Origin: Vicugna vicugna | Lineage: Eukaryota | DNA length: 64,000 bases | Direction: 5' to 3' | Assembly: GCA_013265495.1 (NCBI GenBank) | Contig: MU058844.1 | Coordinates: 10,066,184-10,130,183 of the forward strand | Shown: piece by piece, positions 27,336 through 40,870 of the stretch | How positions within the stretch are numbered: the first letter of the stretch is position 1 | Layout of the letters: the number at the start of each line of letters is the position of its first letter | Program-made: the position numbers and the translations under genes | Notes under the pieces: generated by a model | Seen by the model: the letters and a program-made list of their open reading frames with translations, nothing else | Databases searched by the model: none | What the model was told of the DNA's origin: nothing

Positions 27336-29419
27336 CTGAATATAACAGCTGACAAGACACTATGGCCTTGGAGCCAGCAAATGTTTTCATCAATACACCC
27401 CAGCAGTTATGATTTGCATCCATTCATCCTTGTGGATCTTGGAATGACTCCCTTTTATTTTTAATGATATGATAAGATATTTGGTCTTATAATTAACTCT
27501 GAACACATCCAAAAAAAAAAAGATCTGCTCCTGTTTTGATGGAAATGTTTTTATCTGCAATGATTAACGTTATTTTTCCCAATACTTTTGGAACCAAACC
27601 AGTCATGATTTCCATCGGGTGCACCCTCATGACAGCAAAGTTCCAGTGCTTTGTAAACTTTTCCACCTTCAGAAATGGTTATTTAAATGCTGTCATGCCA
27701 GGGATATCAATTTAACATTTCTTATCCAGAATCATAAAGTCTGAGTAAAAAAAGCACATGTGGTAGGGAGAGACAAGATTTGGGGAATAGGAAGGAAAAT
27801 GTTATTGTCAACTTTCACCCTTTTGTATTAAAATAAAGGTTCATAATACTTGCAATTCCTGATATATATATATTCAAACATTCATATAGGCTGGGCTAAA
27901 AAATTACTCTCTCATGGAAAAAGCCGTAATTAGAACAATTTGGATATTATCTACAAACAATAAAAATACGTACTGCAAAGATAAAATCTGTGGGATATCT
28001 TGAAATAATATTTTCTGAATTGGTATTATTTCTGTTTCCTTTAGAAATTTAGCTGATATATGAGAAACCTTCCTAAAATAGCTAGCTATGTGACCTTAGA
28101 CAAGTAATCTAACTTCTCTTTAAACTGAAGGATAAACCCTGAGGGTCTTTTACCTCTAGCATTTTATAACTGAGTGGTAATTAAATTTATTTTGATGTGA
28201 CTCCCTCTGCACAGATGTTTTAAGCCCAGTTACCTCCATTGTATATGTTCTTTGAATAGTTTTAAATAAATTTTACCCAAAGACAGAAAATTTCTGATTC
28301 AGTTGCAAATTTTTTCTCATCACACTTCCTTAATTTTAGTTTTATTTTCTAATTTTTTTTGGTTCATAATTTTAAAATTTACAAACCCATCAGATTATTT
28401 AAAAAATTGATGAGACACAATCATTACTAAAGCTTTTGCGTGACATACTCTGTAGACACCATGTCTTGCCCTTGAGACATGCTTGATCAGGTAGTTCCCC
28501 TCTACCCCACACACAACCCTGCTCTCACCTCTCCAATCCAAGGCATGCCTTCTTGAAGGAATAAGGGAGGCAATGAAGAATTAAGACCCTGTAGCCATTT
28601 CATTATTAAGTGTATCCTCGGTCCTAACTAGCTGACTGAGTTAGGTCTTTCCCCAAGTTAGGTAAGCGCTCGAAATCACAGTTAGCACAGAATATGCCCC
28701 TCTTGGCATCTCTGATTTAGCTGGTCTTGCCTGGGGCCCAGGTGGCAATTTGTTGGAACTCCTAGGTGATTCTAATGAGCAGCAAATGTTGAGAAATGGA
28801 AAAGCTATGTGCTCATGGCTTTTCTAAGCATCCCCTCACAGGATCTGATGTGGGGAGAGCTGTGGAGCTGTGGCATTTCTTGGTGGGCAGAGGCTGGCCT
28901 TGAGCTTTCACATGGCATATCTATCTCGCACCCCATTTAAAGGAAGCTAGTTACCACGATATCAAAGGGATGGCATTATAAACATTCAACAAACACTTAT
29001 TGCATGCACACTTAATGTAAGAACTGTTTCACTCACAAAATAATCCTGTCTTAAGGTGACTTCCTGCCAGGAGATGATGTTACATGTATGATTTAGAACA
29101 TTATTAATGTTAGCCACAAAACACTGATCCCAAAATATCTGGGTAAGTATGCAAGTCACATGGGGAGCATTTTAAAAAGTCAGAATCCTGGCCCCACAAG
29201 AAGTCTACTGAATTTGGATATTCAAGTGCTTCAGGTAGCCTTAACAACAGCTTACTCTCTCAAGGCTGTGTTTTTGAAATTTTGTCCACAGCTCCAGCTA
29301 TGGGAATGGTGGGTGGAAAGTACATTCCAAGGACAGGGTTAGGGATAAGGAGCCTCCCACTGTCCCGATCCAGCTCACAGGGGTCAACCAACAGTCACAT
29401 CCTCTCAGTGACCTCCTCT

Positions 29420-29665
29420 AATACTACTGGTGTTGAGATTATCTGGACTGGATTTGTGCCTAAACCCAGTTAAGGCCTCTAAATAAACTTTTAAGATTCT
29501 GGTAGGCAGATATGGAGGTACATTTGTCTTGCAGCCACCCAAGACAAGCCTTGTATGTAAGTTCCCTTGCTTATTAAAATTGCCACCTACCATCTGGAGT
29601 TGTCTGTCTCTTTCTTTGGTCTCTCTTTACCCTCCATGTATGTGGGCCAGTTTGTGAAACAAGTA
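29420..29665 (+). mobile_element. ERV LTR fragment
   Basis: LTR-like 3' half with attaaa signal and a pyrimidine-rich U5. Confidence 0.45.
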
Positions 29666-29754
29666 GATTCAAAGGTCCGGAATTAATGGACATCCGGTTT
29701 GGATACATTGTTAATCAGAGAACATAAGATTGTGTTGCAGAGTTAAGAACCTTT

Positions 29755-30565
29755 CAGTTGACCCTGGAACATGAGGTTGAACTGCACGGGTCCACTTATA
29801 TGAAGATTTTTTTCAGTAACTATATTGAAATTTTTTTTGGAGATTTACGACAATTTGAAAAACCTCACAGACTAACCATATAGCCTAGAAAAATATTTTT
29901 TAAAATAAGAAAAAGACATGTCATGAATGTGTAAAATATATGTAGATACTACTTTATAACTTACTACTATAAAATGTACACAAATCTATTATAAAAGGTT
30001 AAAATTTATCAAAACTTACCCACACAAACTCTTACAGATCATATACAGTGCCATCGATTACACGAGGCTACCACAAAGCAGTCATATTTCTGCTTCTTCA
30101 TTATTGAGACATGAATCCTTTATTATACCTGTAAATAAATATGAATTTGTTTTTCACATTATCTTTCCATTTCTGATGTCCAGTGTTAGCAATATGTATA
30201 ACACAGTGTTCTGTATCATGTAAGACAATACTGATGTAAGTACTGACAATTTATCTTGTAAACAGACAATGTAAACTTATGGTATCAATAAATACAGTAC
30301 AGTACTGTGAATGTATTTTCTCTTTCTTATGGTTTCCTTAACATTTTCTTTTCTCTAACTTATGTTATTATAAGAATACAGTATATAATATGTATAATAT
30401 ATAAAATATGTCAATTGACTGTTTACATTATTGGTAAGGCTTCCAGTCACCAATAGGCTATTAGTAGTTAAGTTTTGGGGGAGTCAAAAATTATACAGAA
30501 TTTTTCAACTGCAGCGGGTAAGGGGGTCAGTGCCCCTAACCCCTACATTGTTTAAGGATCAACTG
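29755..30565. mobile_element. Tigger2-family internally deleted transposon
   Basis: TIRs cagttgaccctggaaca ... tgtttaaggatcaactg, followed by TA. Confidence 0.9.
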
Positions 30566-31254
30566 TATTTGATTTCAGTTGGTCCTTGGAGACCACATTC
30601 CTTTTCTCCAGAATAAAAAATGGTAAACGGAGCAGATTAATTTTGGACCCCTTCTCAAACAATATTTTGTTTAACTGCACTGAGGACATCAATACCACAT
30701 CATTTTACCTATAACAGTTCCCTCTTTACATGTACAGTGGGGGACTCCAACCTCAAGTTTCCCTTATGACTAGTTATGTGTCCTTGGAAAAGTTGATTTA
30801 CCAGCATGAGATTCAGTTTCTTCATCTGTCAGATGAGGATTTTTTGGAACTGCTTTCACACTTCTAATGATCAGATGACATAACAAGCATACGGGACGGG
30901 GCACTATCTTTTAAAACCATCTCTTCTTACACTCTGTCTCCACAAGGCCTCCTGATACTATAGCAAGGCTGTAAGTAGTTATTTTTCTTATTTATGTAAA
31001 TTGAATTATAAATGCAATTATAAGAGAGCACAGACTGTAACAGAGGGGTGAAAACAGCTTCCACTCAGCCTTGTGTTTTTGGAGAGCATCCAAGAGCCTT
31101 AACATTGGACGGGAGGACATTGTTGAGAAGGAGTGGCGAGAAGGAAAAACCTAGAAAATGAGGAGGTGTGTGATTACCTTGATTCTTACACTGAAACATT
31201 AAAAGTATTTAGAATTCTTTGTGTTAAGAAAACTGGATATGTATTCCCACCCAC

Positions 31255-31394
31255 TTGCCACCACAAAAAGAACTTAGAGGCATTCGGCCTGTGCTGACTT
31301 GTACCACGCCATTCTGTTTGAACTCTTGTGGAAACATCAACCTTTCATGTAGGAGGAGCCAGTAGGATTTGTTAATATGAGAGAGCAAAAGATT
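31255..31394 (-). pseudogene. Dynein-like exon remnant
   Basis: ttcctgcag|AAT...CAA|gtgggt. LLHERLMF...RMP/KFFLWWQ vs DNAH14 WLSERRHY...RMNKAFVTWK. Confidence 0.5.
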
Positions 31395-32588
31395 CTGCAG
31401 GAAATTCTTAAGTACTTTTAAAGAAAACATTTCAAATTGGGGCTTTCCATTTTGCCATTCATTGGATGTTTATTCATAAGTATGCAGGAATTATAAAGTT
31501 TTCTTCAAGCTCTTGTTTAATGCTCCATCAATGCCAGCTCTGAACCTAGAGCTACAGGAATATAAATGTAAAGAAAATCAAATAATTCCTGAATGTGAAG
31601 TAGTTTCCGTGTTGGAGAGACGCATTTAAAAAAAAAAGTTGCCTTGGTAACTGAAAAGAATTTTTTTTTAATGTACTATTATTTTCTCCATTTGAAATGG
31701 GAAACAGCCACACAAGGAAAAAGTGAAAGTAGAGGAACTGGAAAAACAAAAGTAGGAAAGGATTTATTCCTCTTAGCACAATGGCTACAGTCAGGCTGAA
31801 TCACTCTTCCTCTGCATAAACATTCTAGAGTTGTAAGAATAGCCTACCAACCCCAGCTTGAAGGAAAAAGACAAAAGGTTAACTTCTGTAAAATAAGGAG
31901 CTTGCTACTGGTTTCCCATAGCACCTGAACGTGGGGTAACATAGTAAATTCAGACACTTTCTAGTGGTTTAAAAAACAATGTGCTTTTTAAAGTTGAAAT
32001 CAACTGCAGGAATCTATATGAGGCTTCACTACTAGCACATTTAACAGAAACAATATTTTAAAATTAACAATATTGCTACTAATAGGGCAGCTAAAAGTCC
32101 TGAGTTCTTGGACAAACTTTGAGAGTTCAACCTGTCAATTATAGGATGAAGGAATCCCTGTATTCCAGACTCAGAGATGGAGAATTTAGCCCAAGAGAAA
32201 AAGGAAGTTGGCAGGAGGCATGTGTGTAATTGACTCTTTCAGAACTGACCTCTGATTAATGATTTATTCCCACTCATGTAGGGGCAGCAGCAGCAATGGC
32301 CACAGAGCACAGGTCCACTAGTGAACCTGTCAGAATCATGTTTCCTTTCTGGAAGGTGACTGGAACTGAACCACTGATACTTCCAACTGAGCAAGCCTCC
32401 AGGGGTTCTTAGATTTATCGAAGGCAGGATTAGCCTACAGAGGGAAAAATAAAAGTCACTCTTGAACTGTTGATTTTAATAATACTTTTAAAATATTTTC
32501 TACCCCCTGGCTTGTTCTAGGATATATAGCAAAGGCTTCATAAATCTCCCATTTCCATTAAACCATTTTGAGTAGAGCAGCCAATTAC

Positions 32589-32742
32589 CATGACTTCCAG
32601 GTTTGCTGTCTTATAAACCACATCAGCCTCGGTCCCCATGTCTTATCAGGGACAAGGTGTGGCTTTATCCCTTAAGGGTTGTATTTCTAGAGCACATTTA
32701 TCTGAAGGTCTGAGAATCCTACCAGAAAAATATCCTTATATA
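32589..32742 (-). pseudogene. Dynein-like exon remnant (YNPY motif)
   Basis: ttccttttctgtggacag|TAT...ATG|gtaatt. KYNP*GI...MWFI/TAN vs DNAH14 LYNPYDL...FWVITAS (TAA where Tyr is expected). Confidence 0.6.
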
Positions 32743-33594
32743 CTGTCCACAGAAAAGGAAAAGAGCAGTGGCGAATCACTTAAAATATCAAATGGGGGTA
32801 TAAATCACTCAGTACCTCTTCTCCTTTTTGCTGATGTAAAGTCCATTTCCATGGAAACAGGGATTGGAAATAGCAACCTATGAGAAACACTGGGTTTATT
32901 GGAGCACACGGAAGTTTTAGTTTGATTTTCAGCCAAATCTTGAAAAAGCTAACCTTTGACTAATACCTACATGCTATTTTGATCACTTTTGAGAAGCAAT
33001 ATTATGGATTAAGGGGAAATCACTTTTTTCCACTTAAAGATAATTTTTTTAAAAAAAGCACATGCACAAACTAATTTGAAGATTGGGAGGCACTATAAGA
33101 TTTGAAAGGCCCTCCTTGGTCATGCTTCCCACAATTTTCTGTCTCTGCTCTACCTAACATAGATGGATGACAACAAAATACTAACAATAATCTGCTCTGA
33201 TTTGCAGATTTAGTTGCAGGTTGGACCCAGGGTTTTTAATTGATACATATCCCTAAGTGTGAAATCTCTGGACTGTTTTCATTTGCAGACGAAAAAAGTT
33301 TGATATAGAAAGACATCAAATAATACTTTATTCTGTAAATCAGATGCCTCCCTGCTTCTTTTAAAAAAAAACAGGAAATGGTAAACTCAGATTCGTTTTG
33401 GGAGACAGAATGGTACCCTAGAGTAAGCAGACAACCTGTGGTCAAGAAGGTAAGAGTGTGACTGAAATTAAACCCCATAAAGTCTGGCAGCTCTCCCCAT
33501 GCCATTTCTCCCACCTTTATTTGCCCATCCTGCAAGGCCTACTTCAAGACTTCTCTTTTCTCTGAAGCCAGTCCTCCAGGTTTGCAATATACAT

Positions 33595-34019
33595 TTTTTA
33601 CGGATTCAGCATTTGCAAATTCACCAACTGGCTAAAATGTATTTGTAACCCCCAAATTAATACTCGTGGTGCTTCCATGGTCATTTACGACACGTGCAGA
33701 GCAGCCATGTTCCCTCTGTGGTCAAACAAGGCAATACTCTACTTATTGTTTCAGCTGTTCTGTTGTAACCATGTCCTTTTCATCATCTAATTTAATGCCA
33801 TGGTTTTGGCCTTTTTGTGGGTTTTTTGTTGGTGATTTTGCCATTTAAAATGTCCCCCAAGCACAGTGCTGAAATGCTGTCTAGTATTCCTAAGCATAAG
33901 AAAGCTGTGATGTACAGAGAGGCTGCATGTGTTAAATAATCTCCCTTCAGATGCTACTTGCAGTGCCATTGGCTGTGAGGTCAAAGTTCATGAATCAACA
34001 AAATATATTAAATAAGGTG
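33595..34019. mobile_element. TcMar-Tigger non-autonomous element (MER2B/MER6-like)
   Basis: aagcacagtgctgaaatgctgtctagtattcctaagc...tgaatcaaca. Confidence 0.75.
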
Positions 34020-34560
34020 GAAACCGCAGGCCACAGAGTTATCAGAAGCTGATAACTGATAGAAATGTGTGAGCTTGTCTTACAGAACAAGAGATAAGGG
34101 AACAGCCTGTTAAAACCCCTTTGCTGTAAATTACCTTCATTGATGAAGCTCGCTTTCGTTATCTTTTTTTTCCCTTTCTTCCTTTTTTCCTCTCTTTAAT
34201 TGCGTACCTTCCTGGCTTCACACAGCCCAGCTGTTTTGCAGGAACTTGGAGTCAGCTCCCATCCAGTGCAAGCCAGCTGAGGCTGGTTGGGACCGCTGAC
34301 CCTAGAACTGGGCTTCCAAGGGGGTCTGTTGGGTGAATGGCCTTGTGACATCAGAGGACCAGAAAATTTCACTCTCTGATCACGCTAAGTGCCGCCATCT
34401 TAAATATGCAGGAAATGCAACCCAGTTGCTCCTGCACAGAACACCTATTCCCTCACCTTTTCCCTATCTCCAATTACCTTTCCCCACTCCTAAGACCACT
34501 GTGCTTACCCCATAAAAATCCCACCCAATGAGACTTGTTGGGCAAAGGGACCTGGTTCAG
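34020..34560. mobile_element. ERV LTR-like segment
   Basis: LTR-like composition and TATA-like cccataaaa; family not determined. Confidence 0.45.
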
Positions 34561-34729
34561 TGACAAGGTGCCTTTATTTTTTATATTTTATTTTATATTT
34601 TTTAATTTGTATGTCATATATATATATATATATATATTCAATAGATTACATAATACTGTTTACAGTGGACTTGAGACCTAGCTGGTCCTTGGTGAAGATG
34701 TTGTTTTTTTTGTTTTTTCTTTTCTAGCT

Positions 34730-35360
34730 TATTTTTTATTGAGGTAATATTGATTTATAACATTATATAAGGTTTGTGTGTACATTATATTTCTACTTGC
34801 GTATACAATACAGCGTGCTCCCCACCAAAAATTTAGTTTCTGTCCATCATTATACAGTTGATCCCATTTATCCATTTCACCCTCTCACCCCTGCCCACCG
34901 CTTACCTTCTGGTAGCTACTACTCTGTTCTCTGTATCTACATGTTTGTTTTTGTTTGCTTTGGTTTGTTCATTTATTTTTGTCTATTTGTTTTTTGTATT
35001 CCACATATGAGTGAAATCATACCATATTTGTCTTTCTTCATCTGACTTATTTCACTTAGCATAATACCTTCAAAGTCCATCCACGTTGTCACTAATAGCA
35101 AGAATTCATCTTTCTTCATGGCAGAGTAGTAGTCCATAGTATATATATCACATCTTCTTTATCCATTCATCCTTTGATGGACAGTTAGTTTGTTTCCATA
35201 TCTTGGCTATTGTGAATCATGCTGTGATGAACAGAGGGATGCATATATCTTTTCAAATTAGTGCTTTTATGTTGTTCGGATAAAATACCTAGGAGTGGGA
35301 TAGCTGGACCATATGGTAGTTCTGTTCTTAATTTTTTGAGGTGTCTTCATGCTATTTCCT
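34730..35360 (-). mobile_element. L1 3' end
   Basis: ccacatatgagtgaaatcat...tgacttatttcacttagcataat. Confidence 0.9.
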
Positions 35361-38089
35361 TAGTCAGACCCTTATTATATGAAACCTTAGACTCTAGCGG
35401 TTGCTGTTATACTGTTTGAATCTTTGTTATGTACTTTTTGACAAATAATAACATAATAATAATAATATCAGCTCTCAGTGATTAAAGTTCCACTCTGTGA
35501 CAGACAAGGAACTGAGAGCTTTACAAACATTACCCCATTTGTGGATGATTCATCTCCCAAATTAGATGGCAAACTCCTTTTAGTCAGGGACCTCATCATT
35601 TTTTACTGCACAATATTGTCTACCACAGAGACAGGCCCATAAAACTTGCCGAAAAATTGTGGTTTTGCTGTCTTCACTCTGTCACATATTTCCTTAGATG
35701 AAGATTTTTGAAAAGTGATTTCACCCAAGTAAATTTTCAACTATAGCTAATAATTAAATCCTAACAATTATATTCCTCATCCCTACCACTTAGTGGGTAC
35801 TTCCAATTTTTCAAACACTGTGTTTAGTGCTATATATGCATAGTCTTATTTTATTCATTAGAATATTCCCTAGAAAAATTGATGATAGATAGTTTAAGTG
35901 ACTTTTCAAAGTCATTGCTCCTAAGGGATGAAGTTGGATTTGAATGCAGAGGTTCTTACCCATTTTAAGTATTTTCCCTCTTAAAATCAAAAACTTTCTT
36001 AAATTCCTTATAGAAGACTGGATATCATAATAACAAAAACTTAAGTGCTTATTGTAAGCCAAGTGCTGTCTAAGCAACTTGCATACATCAATTTATTTAA
36101 GGCTGACAGTAATCTTATGAAATCAACAGTGTCTTTCTTTTACAGTTATAAAGACACTGATACTTGAATAAATGATATTTGCCCCATGTCACCCACCTAG
36201 GGACTAAGTAGCAAGACCAGGATTTAAATGCCAAATATTCTGTCTCCAGAACCTGGGATCTTGACCATTTCACAATTCTGCTTTCAACCCACGAGGATAC
36301 TTTTTCCATCTGTTGATAGATAATGACAAAAGGCAACTGTGAATTTATTAAAGAAGTAAGTGAGTTTCTCTCTTATTAACCATAAAATCAGCCATTGTGT
36401 TTGAAAAATAGGAGTAACTGAATGTAAGAGATATGTTGTTTATTCTATGGGCATGTGACCAAACACATTTCTGGTCCCTCCACCTCTGGCTGAGATGTGC
36501 TTCAAACTGAACAGAACCTACCAGACCCAGGATAGCTGACCACAGTTATTGCCACTACACAATTCTGGGGTCAGACAGACCCAAGCTGACTCTCAGCTCC
36601 ACCACTTACTAGCTATGGGATATCAGACAACTAAATCATCTTTCTGGGTCTCATTTTTCCACCCCTCTCAAAATAATAATACTATCTGGCTCAATGACTT
36701 GCCGTGAGAAATAAGATAAAATATATAAAGAATTTAGCACAATAAATATAGACAATCAATCAATGTAGGTTCCTTACCTCCTGGAAACCCCTACTTCTCT
36801 TCCAGTAGAATAGGGCACTTGGAGATCTTGGCCAGCTCAGCTCAGAAAAGAGTTCACCCCTTTGAACACTGAGATTTGGACTGCTATCCACTGTCAATAG
36901 CCACATTTCCACAGAAATCATTCCTGTCTAAGTAGAGAAAGCAAGCACTCCTCAGAAAACCAGGACCAAGAGCCCAAGGAAGGAGGTAGCACATTGTGAT
37001 ATGTTAACCACTAATTCCGGAATTAAGACATTTGAATTTTAACCCAAAACATAGTTCTGGCTGGCTTTAGAACCTTGTGTTAATTATGTAATTTACTTGA
37101 TCATTCTTTTTTCTTTTTTTTTTCCTAGTCTGCAAAATAGAGTTATTGTAATGATCATTAAGCTAATGCTTCTGCAGTCCTGGGACATGATAGGAGCTCT
37201 AGCTAGGTAGATGGTCATGTTTAGTGACAGTGGCTGTGTGTCTGCCATTGCCTGAGTTCTGTCTGCTTTCATCCTGAACACGGAGGAGGATTCTCCCTTC
37301 ATCTGCATCCCTCATCCTCTCTCAGGGAGCTTTCAGAACTGTTGGACAGCAGGATGTCCACAGGTGACCCACACTTGACGGAAGCTGCACTGTGTTCCCT
37401 GGTCCTCACCAGCCATGGGAACTCTGTCTCCTCCTTCTTTTCTTTATTACTCCACTCGCTTCACATCTTCCTCTCTCCAATTGCATCTACATGCCTCTCC
37501 TCCCTTCTCCCAAACTCATGTCTAATTTTTGGCTCTATAGGCAAGTAGCAAAATCTTTCTGTCTCAAAAATACTCTTCTTTGAGTATTTGTTTCTGCTTC
37601 TGTTCTAAACCAAGGGTACTCTCAGGTAGCAATGAGAGAGTAAAGAAGAAGATAAATCTACAGGAAACAAATGGATACATCCTTCCACACTTATATATGT
37701 GCTTATATGTTATGATATACATTATATATTATATATTTGTATAGTTATGAGTATACATGTATTATATTCTACATATATTCTATCATTCAACCACATGTAT
37801 TCTCTGAGAGCCTGCTATGTACTGACCATAATTCTAGACGCTCGATACGTCTTCACTTTCAAGAAAATTATAGTCTAATGAGAACAGGTAGTAATTAAGG
37901 AAACAATTTAATGTATTTATTTCTTTATTTGTTGTCTCTCCCCACAATAATAAATAACATAGATAATATATAAATTTTTTTATATAAAGATAATATGATG
38001 GTGGGTTAACCATTCCTCCCATAGGAAAAAATAATTCACACCTTCCATTATATTTGACCTTTCTGTGTGCTCATTCTAATGATGCTTAC

Positions 38090-38755
38090 AGAATCCAAAG
38101 AGGCCAACCAGGAACTGAACTTTCTCCTTAGTGTGAGGAGGTTCAGATGCAATTATCTGTCCCTTACTTTGGAGGGGATGTCCCAGCATGTCCTGCCCAC
38201 TAGACTTCTAACAATTTCAGTGATGTGGGAACCCCTCTGAATCTTTATAAGATTTACCTCCCATCCTCTGGAATGCATGAGTCTCACTAAAGCCTCCAGC
38301 GTACTTGCCACTTTTGATTCATCCCGTCTAATTAGTTTGATCATCTAACTGAATTACTTTGATGTTATCAATATGGTGGACCATGAAGATGTTTGGCAGA
38401 ATGTCTAGATTATCCAGTTCCATTTGGACTATATTAAGAGAAAGGGCGAGAGAGTTAATAAGCCCTGGGAAAAGACCATAAATCTATACTATTGTCTGAT
38501 GCAAGTGAATGCAAACTGTTTCCAGTCCTCCATCCTGATAGGGATGGAATGGAACATTTTCACCAGGTTTATGACCAGATACTATGCATCTGAATTTGTG
38601 TTACTCTTCCTCACCTGAGACACCACGTCTGGCACAGTAACAACAATTTAGGCTGCATCTTGGTTGGGTTTACAGTAATCCACGATTATCTTTCAGGATC
38701 CCTCTGGTTTCTGTAGAGGCCAGACTGGTGAATTAAATGGAGATGTGATGGGGAA
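38090..38755 (-). mobile_element. ERV-L pol (reverse transcriptase) fragment
   Basis: FNSPVWPLQKP...IVDY and STLEALVRLMHSRGWEVN...DIPSKVRD are ERV-L RT motifs. Confidence 0.85.
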
Positions 38756-39179
38756 GACATGATGAGGAAGATGTCATTCCAAATATGGAACAATGGGAAA
38801 GGTCTAGGATAGAAGAAAGGGGGAGATTGTGTTTACTTTTACACATATTGATTCTAAGATACCTTTGAGGAATACCAAATTGTCAATTGGATAAACATGT
38901 TTAGAGGGCAGAGGCCTGATCTGGGCTGGAGATGAAAATTTGAGTCATTACTTAGAGATATTTATTCAAGACATGGGTGTAAGAGAAAAATGTAGACTGA
39001 GAAGAGGAGAAAGGCTAGGACCAAGCTTTGAAGAACTCCAGCCCTCAGTGACCCACAGAGAAGAATAAGCCTGCCATTCACGTACTGTTTAAGAGACAAA
39101 GGTAGAAGAGCACCTTTTAAAACAATTCTAGTTGGAACAAACCAGCATCATTGTTTTGTAGTTTATCATATCCTAAGAG

Positions 39180-39800
39180 GGACATTTCACCTTCTATGTT
39201 ATTCCTGCTCAAAATGCATCACCTGAATCTCATCATGAGGAAACACCAAACTTAAACTGAAGAACATTCTACAAGGCACCTGGCCTTTGAAGCCCCTTCA
39301 AAGACATCAAAGGCAAGGAAAATAAAGACTGATGAAACTGTTACAAATTAAAGAAATTTAAAGCCATATGACAAGTATATATGATACAAGATACTGGATT
39401 GGCTTCTTCACTGGGAGAAAGAGCTACAAAAACATTTATGAGGCAAATAATGATTGTTTTGGTGTAGACCATGAATTAAATAACATTACTGTACCAATGC
39501 TTAAGTATTTGATTTTGAGAACTGAAGTGTGGTTATGTGAAAGAAAGTCCTTGTTCTTAAGAAACACAATTATTTCAGGGTAAACAGGCACAACACCTCC
39601 AATTTACTCTCCATTGTTTCAGAAAAGAATAGATAGATAGATAGACAGATAGATAGATAGATACATAGATGCAATGATAAAGGAAATTGGGTAAAGTATA
39701 AACAATTGATAAACCTGGGTAAAGTCTATACGGGAGTTTCTTATACTATTCTTGTAAATCTTCTGTAAGTTTAAAATTATGTCAAAGCGAAGTTACCCAA
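39180..39800 (+). mobile_element. Old L1ME-type 3' region with embedded (TAGA)n at 39629-39670
   Basis: acctgaatctcatcatgaggaaaca; ttcttgtaaatcttctgtaagtttaaaatt. Confidence 0.7.
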
Positions 39801-40149
39801 AAGATTCTGGAAAATAAAATATAATATTTTATTAAAAATTAAAGGTAAAATTATTATTAAAAAGTAAAAATAAAAAAGAAGAAAATAAAAGCAAATCTCA
39901 AAAAAAAAAAAAAAAAGACAACCAGAGCAAGGAAAAGGAAATATGAGATTGTTCTGGGCCCAAAACTAAGAGAATAAAATATCCCAGGAAAGAGAGTCAA
40001 CAGCATTAAATCTGCTAAAAGTTCAAGTAAGGTAAGGACTGAAAATATCCTTTAGACCAGGAACACAGACACATTGGTGATCATGAGAGCTAGTTTGAGT
40101 GGAGTTACAAAATGGAAGCGAGAGTAGAAAGGGTTAAGAAGTAAATGAG

Positions 40150-40870
40150 CCATAATGAGATGCCACTTCATACCCACTAGGATGGTTAATAACAAAAAGC
40201 AAACAATAATATGTATTAGCAAGGATGCAGAGAAATTGGAACCCTCATACACTGCTAGTGGGATTGTTAAACGGTGCAGCCACTTTGGAAAACAATTTAG
40301 CAGTTACTTCTTAAGAATGTTAAATGTACAGTTACTAGGTGACCCAGTAATTCTACTTTTAGGTATATACCCGAAAGAAATGAACACATATGTTCACATA
40401 AAAATTTGTACACGGATAGTCCTAGAAACATTATTCATAATAGTGAAAAACAACTCAAATGTTCGTCAACTGATAATATGGATAAACAAAATGTGATACA
40501 TCTATGCAACAGAATGCTATTTGGCCAAAAAGGAATGCAGTTCTGAGACACAGAACAGTATGGAAGAACCCTGAAAACATCCTCTCAAACGAAAGACCCC
40601 AGGCACAAAAGACCATATATTGTATGCTCCCATTTACATAATATGTCCAAATTAGGCAAATCCATAGAAGCAGAAAGGGTATTAGTAGGAGAGGGGAAAG
40701 GGGAGCGACAGCTACATGATAGTGGGTTTCTTTTGGGAGGGATGAAAAGATTTCAAAATTGATTGGGATGGTGGCTGTACAACACCGTGAATATACTATA
40801 AAGCACTGAATTTTACACTTTAAAAGTGTGCATTTTATGCTGTGTGAATTATATCTTCACAAAGCTGTTT
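40150..40870 (+). mobile_element. L1MB-type 3' end
   Basis: ORF 40155..40496 is degenerate ORF2 C-terminus; typical 3' UTR. Confidence 0.9.
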
